Source of the DNA: Sphaerodactylus townsendi
Lineage: Eukaryota
Length of the DNA: 64,000 bases
Assembly: GCF_021028975.2 (NCBI RefSeq)
Contig: NC_059437.1
Coordinates: forward strand, 54,746,001-54,810,000
Direction of reading: 5' to 3'
In this document: positions 40,401-47,784 of the stretch, piece by piece
Layout: the number at the start of each line of letters is the position of its first letter
Numbering within the stretch: position 1 is the first letter of the stretch
Position numbers and translations under genes: made by a program
The notes under the pieces: generated by a model
The model's input: only the letters and a program-made list of their open reading frames with translations
Database searches by the model: none
What the model was told of the DNA's origin: nothing

Positions 40401-43400
40401 TATTAACCATTTTCATCAACAACTACTAGCTTTTGCTTTGAGAACATTCTGGGCTTGTTAGCTAAATACACCCCAAAACACTAAATATTATGAGCAAATG
40501 TTCTGAATTGTTAGCTACTTTGTGTTTCTGGGTGTATCTGAAATTCGGGTATAGCAAGAATGTGATACATTATGGAACAGAAGTGAATACAAAATTGCAA
40601 TCCTGGAAAGAAATGCAACCTCATAGAGTGTGCAACCATTTCATTCAATTGTCATTTTAAAAACACTTTTAATTATTACAAGTGTTTAGGAATTTAATTG
40701 TTTAGGAATTAAACAGCATTCCAACAGGAAACTTGATTTCAACCACCCTACCCTGCAAGAAACTAGGCCAACTGTCAATAACCTCTCACCTTTAAACAAT
40801 CCCTACAACAGAAATCATCAACTTTTTTAGACCCAGAATACAAGTCTGCAACATAAGGTTTGCTTTTTGAACATTTATTAGATATAATTCTCTTTTTACT
40901 TTCTTTTTCCTCTTTTCTCTTCCCAACACAGTCTCCCTCTTAAAAAAGCCTACACACACAAAAGTAAATGGAACTACCACAACAGATGAGAGCTCCCTTG
41001 AGTTGGGTGCAATAAAAGTTGAAATCCACTACTTTATAGTGAACACCAAATCAGAAATTCCGAAAAAGCCAAAGTAAAACACACTTACTTTGAAATATTA
41101 TTGTTCATGAATAAAATCTGTAACAAAGGGCCATCATGTTTAGAGTCATTCAATATTAGTCCGCTAAAAAAAGAAACACATTGAAATTAAAGAACAATGT
41201 TTACCAAACAACTTTCATTTTGTTGAGTACACTTACTACACCTCAACAAAGTTCAACATAGCTATCTTATTTTACCTCAATATTAAATCTTTTTTTCTCT
41301 CCATACAGCATGCTATGAATAACTTATAGAAGTAACCCTCCCCTGTTGCTATTTAATATCAGTGAGGGTTTTGATTAGCAGATTTATATCTTTCCTAGTT
41401 TAAAAATGGAACAACCAGAACTGAAAATAATAATAATAAAAAATATAACAATAACACCTCAAGAAAGAAAAGTAATCAGAACCATCAGTTCCTTTAGAAA
41501 TCATCTAATGCACACAGCAAAAATAATTCAGTAATTATTTTTATTGCTACACATCCAAGAAACAGGAAGAGTCACAAGCAATTCGTGACCTCCCTAAGCA
41601 CTTGTGTCCAAAGCAGCTCTTTGCATCCAAGCTATCATGTCTCCATTAACTCACAAAATATCTGCAAAAAACTGAGCCATTTCAACAGAGGCGGAACGAG
41701 GGGGAACTGTGCTCGGGGCCTGCACGCATCCTGCGCCCCTACTGTGGCGGCATCCGCCTCCATTCCGTCCTAGAACGTCCTGCCACACCCCCTCCAGTGC
41801 TCCACCTGGGGCGTCGCGCCTCAACCTGCTGGTGCTATGCCACTGAATTTCAATATACCTTGGTCGTGTCAGTATTTTCAGTTTTCTTCTGAGTTCATGA
41901 TGTTAATAATTTGTTAAGGAATTTATGTTACATACTTGTCTGAAAATAAAATGTTTGAAACACCAGTAATTCCCCCTTGAAATACTGGTAATTCCCCCTT
42001 GGGGTAAAAAGGAAGTGAATAAACAATGAATAAACTCATTCCCACCCCCCAAGCAGTGCATTTTAAGATAATGTTCTTTTTGTATAGCTCTAGGTCAGTG
42101 GTGGCGAACCTATGGCACGGGTGCCAGAGGTGGCACTCAGAGGCCTCTCTGTGGGCACTCGCGCACAGAGTTCATCATGTGGGAGAGGGGTGGAAAATCA
42201 CACACACACACACATCTAGGCTGGCCTGGGCATGATCCTTTACCTGGGAGTAAGCTCGGTTGCTGACAAGGGGGCTTGCTTCTGAGTTAACCCTCCTAGG
42301 ATCGTGATTCACCCATTTGAAGCGTTGCACGGTTACTTCACCAAGCTTACTCCTGAGTATTGCGTGCCTCGGAGCCAACTGTTTTTTCTAACCTAAACCC
42401 TCAGCATTCAGGTTAAATTGCCGGGTTGGCACTTTGTGATAAATAAGTGGGTTTTGGGTTGCAATTTGGGCACTCGGTCTCGAAAAGGTTCGCCATCACT
42501 GCTCTAGGTGGACCTTGGTGCTAGTACCTGTTGGATTTCTGCATCAGTGGCAAGATTTAAAAAAACATGCTTTTCAATATTTCAAAGGCAAAAACAGAGA
42601 CAAGGTTACGGCACCTCAAATTATGGACTAAAAATGACAGCCTGAGGTATCCATCTCTGATGTCTCCACTTGAAAAATTTACTGTGCAATTTCTAGTCCT
42701 AAAAATCTGAGAGTAGTAAAGATATACTCAATATATACCCCTGGAGTTGTAGTTTGTGAAATACTTTAGCACTCATAAATAAAACATAGCAAAAATACAA
42801 ATGTGTCTATTCAAATATTAAAATCAAAATATCACAGTAAAAGGCCCTAAACAGGGTCCCAAACGTACATCAATGAAAATCACCAGATGATGGCACATAA
42901 AAACTTGTGCAACACTTTGAGACCCAGACGCGTTTTGGCCCAGTGGTATTGAGGTTAAGTTTCTGAACCTTTTTCTGCTGGCCATTGAAGGAGGCAACAC
43001 ATGCAGGTCAGAAAATATATATATACACAAAGAAATAATAATTATAAATAAGTGGTTGTTGTGGGTTTTCCGGGCTGTGTTGCTATAGTCTGGTAGATTA
43101 GGAGGTTAAGAGCTCGTGTATTTAATCTGGAAGAACCGGGTTTGATTCCCAGCTCTGCTGCCTGTGGAGGCTTATCTGGGGAATTCAGATTAGCCTGTGC
43201 ATTCCCACACATGCCAGCTGGGTGACCTTGGGTTAGTCACAGCTTCTTGGAGCTCTCTCAGCCCCACCTACCTCACAGGGTGTTTGTTGTGAGGGGGGAA
43301 GGGAAAGGAGATTGTCAGCCCCTTTGAGTCTCCTACAGGGGAGAAAGGGGGGATATAAATCCAAACTCCTCCTCCTCCTCTTCTTCTAGATCTTGTTCCT

Positions 43401-43936
43401 AACGTTTTGCCTGCATCTGTGGCTGGCATCTTCAGAGGTGTAGCGCACTTCTTCAGTGTGTAGCGCACTTCTCTCCGTGATACACCTCTGAAGCTGTCAG
43501 CCACAGATGCAGGCGAAACGTTAGGAACAAGACCCACAGACCACGGCCACACAGCCCGGAAAACCCGCCACAACCAGTGGAATCCGGCCGTGAAAGCCTT
43601 CGATAATACATTATAAATGAGCGCCACAGGAAGAGGGAGCTCTGGCAGAGGCCTCAGGGGGACGCAGGAGCGGGCCTGAGAGCGGGTAGGGCTGGGGAAA
43701 GGGCCTACGAGGCGGGTCGCGGATCCCCTCGGATCCCGCGCAGGCCCGGCCCGACCCAGAAGGATATTCTCGGCCTGCAGCTCCCTCACGCTCTCCTGGC
43801 ACTCCCGCAGCCGCTCGCGCAGCTCCTCCGTCTCCTGGTCGAAGCGGATGTGAAGCGGCTGCGCGGCCCCCGCCGCCTCGTCCGCGTCCAACTGCTCGAA
43901 GAGGTCGGGGTCGCCGAAGTCCACCTCAGCCGCCAT
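27629..43936 (-). CDS. ZCCHC8: ZCCHC8, zinc finger CCHC-type containing 8 (scaffold of the NEXT nuclear exosome targeting complex); complete, 14 coding exons, 2118 nt, 705 aa
   Basis: All 14 exons splice in frame; MAAEVDFGD start, CCHC knuckle CFNCGCEDHQMKDC, PSP motif RMRELGYPPGWL, C-terminal PFEFENMAESTGVYLRIRSVLKNSPRNQQKNKKASS. Confidence 0.97.
29133..29248. repeat. Perfect 58-bp tandem duplication
   Basis: TCAGCTGAGG...TAAGACTAC twice (29133-29190, 29191-29248). Confidence 0.95.
29719..29833 (-). CDS. ZCCHC8: ZCCHC8 exon 13
   Basis: GNSKSSSKRPSPNQSTHNPKRQKRNNADVPSADMELDS. Confidence 0.88.
30485..31070. mobile_element. Tc1/mariner(pogo)-type non-autonomous element with a nested L2 3' end
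   Basis: TIRs CCCTATTTTCCCCAAAATAAGAC / GTCTTATTTTCGGGGAAACACGG; TA on both flanks. Confidence 0.85.
30720..30970 (+). mobile_element. L2-type LINE 3' end with stem-loop and (TAAA)n tail
   Basis: CCGCCCAGAGCCCCTCGGGGATTGGGCGG...AAATAAATAAA; related tails at about 5165-5227, 26660-26720, 51310-51370 and 56793-56865. Confidence 0.7.
31855..31938 (-). CDS. ZCCHC8: ZCCHC8 exon 12
   Basis: EWRMFGSIPMQPSQQKDIFAHYLSTYRS. Confidence 0.92.
32807..32931 (-). CDS. ZCCHC8: ZCCHC8 exon 11
   Basis: (A)SPGGEVSEEESYQQNRCVSYDISKLVNYPGFNISSPSGVTD; TAG/GTGAGT. Confidence 0.92.
33976..34118 (-). CDS. ZCCHC8: ZCCHC8 exon 10 (PSP domain)
   Basis: EELQDALGVTDKTLPPFIYRMRELGYPPGWLKEAEMEKSGLTLYDGK. Confidence 0.95.
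34404..34588. mobile_element. GC-rich hAT-like MITE
   Basis: Termini CAGAGGCATAT ... ATACGCCACTG; degenerate TSD. Confidence 0.65.
34778..34920 (-). CDS. ZCCHC8: ZCCHC8 exon 9
   Basis: PRNAARINEKRKQFMEACGEASNQNFQQRYHAEEIEERFGRFKPGII(S). Confidence 0.95.
36162..36222 (-). CDS. ZCCHC8: ZCCHC8 exon 8 (CCHC zinc knuckle)
   Basis: PKPHCFNCGCEDHQMKDCPQ = CX2CX4HX4C. Confidence 0.95.
37704..37769 (-). CDS. ZCCHC8: ZCCHC8 exon 7
   Basis: YQQVFTQILSLDGQEIQVKPK(R). Confidence 0.92.
37770..38440 (-). other. ZCCHC8: U12-type GT-AG intron (ZCCHC8 intron 6)
   Basis: 5' GTATCCTA; branch-like TTCCTTAT about 12 nt from the AG; no long polypyrimidine tract. Confidence 0.8.
37932..38207. mobile_element. Old hAT-like non-autonomous element
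   Basis: Termini CAGGGATCCCC ... GGTTGGGGACCCCT; related remnants end near 6599 and 26396. Confidence 0.6.
38441..38544 (-). CDS. ZCCHC8: ZCCHC8 exon 6
   Basis: VIGSVFYFTNFCLDKLGQPILNENPQLTDGWEVP(K); followed by U12-like donor GTATCCT. Confidence 0.94.
38787..39075 (+). mobile_element. Full-length tRNA-derived SINE (Squam3-like)
   Basis: A box TGGCGTAATGG, B box GGTTCGATTG, body shared with other copies, CTT-rich tail; degraded relatives near 33580, 35165, 50760 and 62150. Confidence 0.85.
39161..39238 (-). CDS. ZCCHC8: ZCCHC8 exon 5
   Basis: PSSFVLEEDCKVTNPNPAKRTKEAFS; TAG/GTAAGT. Confidence 0.92.
39847..39952 (-). CDS. ZCCHC8: ZCCHC8 exon 4
   Basis: QYHQEIEDFVSSLVQRYEEQQRAEVDKTYFNVKPQ; CAG/GTATGT. 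Confidence 0.93.
41089..41163 (-). CDS. ZCCHC8: ZCCHC8 exon 3
   Basis: GLILNDSKHDGPLLQILFMNNNIS(K); AG/GTAAGT. Confidence 0.93.
41686..41845. mobile_element. GC-rich hAT-like MITE next to the ZCCHC8 exon 2 donor
   Basis: Termini CAGAGGCGGAAC ... GCTATGCCACTG; TSD CATTTCAA/AATTTCAA. Confidence 0.75.
41859..41901 (-). CDS. ZCCHC8: ZCCHC8 exon 2
   Basis: (N)HELRRKLKILTRP(S); AC acceptor after TTCCTTAAC branch; GT donor. Confidence 0.92.
42096..42501. mobile_element. Non-autonomous hAT (Charlie-group) element
   Basis: TIRs CAGTGGTGGCGAACCT / AGGTTCGCCATCACTG; perfect 8-bp TSD CTCTAGGT. Confidence 0.92.
43053..43609. mobile_element. Palindromic Penelope-derived element with two hammerhead motifs, interrupted by a SINE
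   Basis: Inverted arms; TSD ATTATAAAT(A/G)AG at 43041-43052 and 43610-43621; ends CCGTGAAAGCCTTCGATAATAC. Confidence 0.8.
43099..43386 (+). mobile_element. 5'-truncated Squam3-like SINE nested in the Penelope-derived palindrome
   Basis: Body matches the 13452-13753 copy; (CCT/CTT)n tail; TSD TAGAT at 43094-43098 and 43387-43391. Confidence 0.85.
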
Positions 43937-44250
43937 TTTAGGGCGGGCCGAGGAAGCGCGTCGCCGGCGGGTCAGCAGGCCGCGAGAGGGGGTGACGGCG
44001 ACGGGCCGGCCCGCGGGAGACGTCGGCGCCTCAGGAAGGAGACGGGCCTAGGCTAGGCAACCAGGTCTTCACGTCGACCGGGGACTCAGGAGGAACTACA
44101 ACTCCCGACATGCAACGGGATTAGGCCGCGCTAATTTCTTACCGGCCCAAGGAAACATTGCGCGATGGGGCTTGTAGTTCAACTTGTGCAGACATTGGGG
44201 TCATGTTCTCCGGAAGAGTGCTGCATGCTGGGATACGTAGTTTTAAAGTT
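43640..44250 (-). promoter_or_regulatory. ZCCHC8: ZCCHC8 CpG-island promoter with three ACTACA-type (ZNF143/THAP11) motifs and a YY1 motif over the start codon
   Basis: ACTACAACTCCC 44095-44106; reverse GAACTACAAGCCCC 44167-44180; reverse AACTACGTATCCCAGCATGC 44223-44242; AAAATGGCGGC over the ATG. Confidence 0.75.
43768..43936 (-). CDS. ZCCHC8: ZCCHC8 exon 1
   Basis: MAAEVDFGD...RELQAE plus 1 nt; followed by U12 donor ATATCCTT. Confidence 0.93.
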
Positions 44251-44544
44251 TGGCGGAACAAACAAGGCCCCTCCCCACCAGTTTGATGGCGTTTGCTTCT
44301 ACTAGGTATGGGTCTGCCATGTACAACGTGTAATTAACATAAATATCATGCGTCTATGTTTAGTCCACGTTATCACAATGACCAAAGCCGTGTCAACGTC
44401 TTTTATTAGGACCACATGCAAATATCACAAAACACTGTGCAAGCTTTCGAGTCCTTCAGAAATTTACCACAAAAGCATCTTGTGGAGACTTAAAACAAAA
44501 TGCAAAGCCCACTACGAACTTGAATTAGTTCTTACTTTTTTTTT

Positions 44545-44728
44545 TACCTGTCACATCACATATAGTTTATGGCAACCCCAGCGGGATTTTCCAGGCAAGA
44601 AATGTTCAGCTGCTGTTTGCCACTGTCTGCCTCCACATCACAACCCTGTTATTCCCTGGAGGTCTCCCTTCCAAATACTTGCCAGAGCTAACTCTGCTTA
44701 GCTTCTGAGATCTGACCAAGCTGGACTG
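44545..44728 (-). mobile_element. 5S rRNA-derived SINE (5S-Sauria-like)
   Basis: Reverse strand GTCAGATCTCAGAAGCTAAGCAGAG...GGGAGACC...GGAGGCAGACAGTGGCAAAC. Confidence 0.7.
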
Positions 44729-47175
44729 AGCTGCTTCTTACTGCGTCTGAAAAAGTGAGTTCCAACTCACAATATGTTGGAATAAATGGTGTTTAATCTT
44801 TAACGTGACCCTAGATTCCAGTTTTATTTAATTGGGCTAGGTTGTCCAGAACAGGTTTCAAACTATTTTCAAACTAGCAATCAAACAGCAGTAGTTAACA
44901 AGGTGCCAAGTTTATAACTGCACTTACGGAGAGGTAGATTTTTACTCAATTCACTTTCAAGCTTCATCCGTTCCAATGAATGAACTGGCACTGAGGCAAA
45001 AAGGTTGAACATACCATTTTAGCAGCTTTTTCCCCAACTTAAAATATGTGTTACATATAAATCAGCATTCAGAATCTAGGTGGCCAACTTCTACTAGGTA
45101 AAATAACATCTTGTTGCATAAAGCTGCCTGAAGATAAATGGCCAAAAAGACCACTTTGATCAGATGTTATCCTAGAAGAACCTTTGGCTAGGGAGGATAT
45201 TATATCACCAATGCACAGAAAAATTCAGTAATGCAACTTAATATTTCTAGAAGGAAAAGGCAACATGTTAAATTTCAAAAACAAATTTACCAAGTACAAC
45301 GGCCCTTTAATTCTTAAGTGGTGGGCTTCTGAAATTTCAAGCTCCCATCACCAGAGGGTAAGGAGAATTTACGCATCTTCACACACTTTTGTACACTATT
45401 TTTCAAAAGCAAAATTCCCTATACTGTCAATTTGTTTTTGAACATTTATCTATTATTGGCAATGGAAATGCTTCCTAAGTGGGGTGGCTTGGAAAAATCC
45501 TTTTGGGCTAGCAATTAACAGTACTTTCATTAAATACTACCTAGAAGTAATTTACACACATTTTGCTTTTCTTGGTTTTATTAATATGTTCAATAGTATA
45601 CAGCAACTGAGGCACTGATGCTAGGCAACTCCCATTCATCACACAGCATGTGTGAGCATAATTCTGTTTAAGACTACTTTTTAAAGTGTAGAAATTGGGC
45701 TGCACGAGTGTTTTGAATCCAGGGAAGGCTTTGGTCTCTACTAGGTTTGGTAATTTGGTAAAACCAAAAAGCCAGATCAGCTTTTTCTTTTACTGACAAA
45801 AACCAGGTATTCAAAAAGCTGAATACAGTTGGGGCCAATAACATTTGGCTTTAACTCCCTCCTCTCCCACATGGGCTTGGGAGCCAGCAGAGGGAAGATC
45901 TCCGTGCGTCACTGAGCAAACTCAGCCCCGCATGAAGGATCTACCCCTCTCGGATGCTCAAGCCCAACCACGAGCTACACCTGCATGCAGGATCTAACCC
46001 CCCCCCCCTGCTTTTCAAGTCCTGTGAGCCTTGAAAGGGATTAGAGAGGAATTGCTAGGTCAAATCTGGGATGTGGGGCTGAGCTAGTTCAGCACTGCAT
46101 GCAGAATCTGTCCCTCAGTGATGCTTGTCAAGCCCTTCAGGGCTTTGAGTGCAGTGCTGGGGGCAGTTCTCCCCCACACACTGTTTCCCAAGCCCGAGAG
46201 GAAAATGGTGGGCAGGAGAGAACTTAAAAATTCAAGTTTGGATTTTTAAACGCAAATATTTTCAGCAATACCTGAATAAAGCCGATGGATATTGGCTTTA
46301 TTCAGCTTTACCAATAATTTTAGGTAGAAGTTGGTTAGAAAAACCAAATCTGAAAGTTACCAATGTATTTTTTCGGTGCTCAAGCTTAGTCTCTACTACA
46401 CCGTGTTGTTGGCCCTCCAGAGTAACTGGTTGGCCCCTGTGAAAGACAGGATGCTGAACCAGATGGACAACTGGTCTGATCCAGTAGGGCTTTTCTTTTT
46501 CTTATACGTGTAGCATCCCAGCATACTATACAGACTGCATAAAAGTGTAGAGAGAAGCAATAGTGCTACTACAAGAAAAGGTTTGACTGGAATAGCTGGA
46601 GGCCATCTGTTTCTCTGACTTTGCAGATATTCCTGCTAGAGTAGGCACAGAACTTCTACATTACTTACAGAGTCTCCCCCTATTAGTGTGGGCAGATTGA
46701 AGCCCAGTCAAAGATGAAACAAGTTTTTATGCTGCCTCAAGCAGGGCACTGAAGAGGTAGCAAATTTCTAAACAAATCAAATATCTGCTGATCCAGTCCC
46801 AAATAAGTGAATTACCGTATCCCCCAGTGTAGTAATCTTTGGACTGGAGTGCAGGCAATATTACTCAGCTAGCAAAACCAGGAAGGAGCATTAGGATACC
46901 CAAAAATAACAAGCTAAATCTTATACAGTAAGGATTGGACATGTGTCACACATCTCATATGCTGCTGCCTTCTGCAATAACTGAAACAGAAATACAGATA
47001 ATAGATACAAATCATGAAAATAGAGATTTAGTAACTTTTACTGTTTGCTTCTGTGGTGGAATGAGCTTTTTCTAAACTGCAGTATGAAATCTCTAATAAA
47101 TTCTGTAAAATTAAGATCTGTAAGCAATTTAAGTGAGCCAGTGAAAGTAACAGTACTATTTGAGAAAAAAACATC

Positions 47176-47181
47176 TTTATT
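47176..47181 (-). terminator. RSRC2: Proximal RSRC2 polyadenylation signal AATAAA
   Basis: TTTATT on the + strand about 425 nt after the stop, followed on the minus strand by a U-rich element. Confidence 0.6.
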
Positions 47182-47604
47182 AACCAGGTTTTTGCACTGC
47201 ATTATGTACTCATTGGCCCAGTCTGCTAAGTAACACCTACACAACGTTTTTATGTTTCAAGAGTTGAAAATAACTGTACAAGGTTAAAGTACAAAAGTAC
47301 ACAAGACAGCGGACACAAAATATCCAGGTATGAGTTTATCCTCCTCACTTGCTCTATTTTGAAAAGCAGAACTAAAATGTTGTCCTTCTGTAGCTCTGTC
47401 AAGTATAATGGAAGTGAGTATAACCTGATTACAACATGAAACACCAGTTATCACTGATCTGATATTTACAAAAATTGTAATGTCAATAAATTAAAGTCAA
47501 TGCAACACCCATGCAAGCTAGAAATGCTAGCTTTTGGTGAACAAGGACCCAATATTGGAGCAAGAATCTTTTTTCAAAGTCCCAGGCTTCAAGCTCATGT
47601 TCTT

Positions 47605-47784
47605 TCAAACAGCATCCATTCCTCGCATTGAAGATGTAAATCCCAATCCCATTCCTCTTTGTGTGTGAGTCTGTGACCTCGCCATTTCATATTGTGCATC
47701 TAGGTTTCTGAATACTTCTTCCTGCTGTTTCAAAGTCTTATAACTTTCTTCATCCACTGAACTACTACCAGCTTCCTCCTCACT
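47605..47784 (-). CDS. RSRC2: RSRC2 exon 10 (last coding exon)
   Basis: SEEEAGSSSVDEESYKTLKQQEEVFRNLDAQYEMARSQTHTQRGMGLGFTSSMRGMDAV-TGA. Confidence 0.95.
   Translation of the reverse strand, partial: SEEEAGSSSVDEESYKTLKQQEEVFRNLDAQYEMARSQTHTQRGMGLGFTSSMRGMDAV

Larger units (their letters stand above)
41902..43767 (-). other. ZCCHC8: U12-type AT-AC intron (ZCCHC8 intron 1)
   Basis: 5' ATATCCTT; branch TTCCTTAAC; ends in AC; these junctions give the in-frame join of exons 1 and 2. Confidence 0.93.

Noticed and set aside
43268-43767. C-terminal 166 aa of ORF 43268..43936
   Set aside because: Read-through past the AT-AC donor into intronic Penelope-derived and SINE sequence
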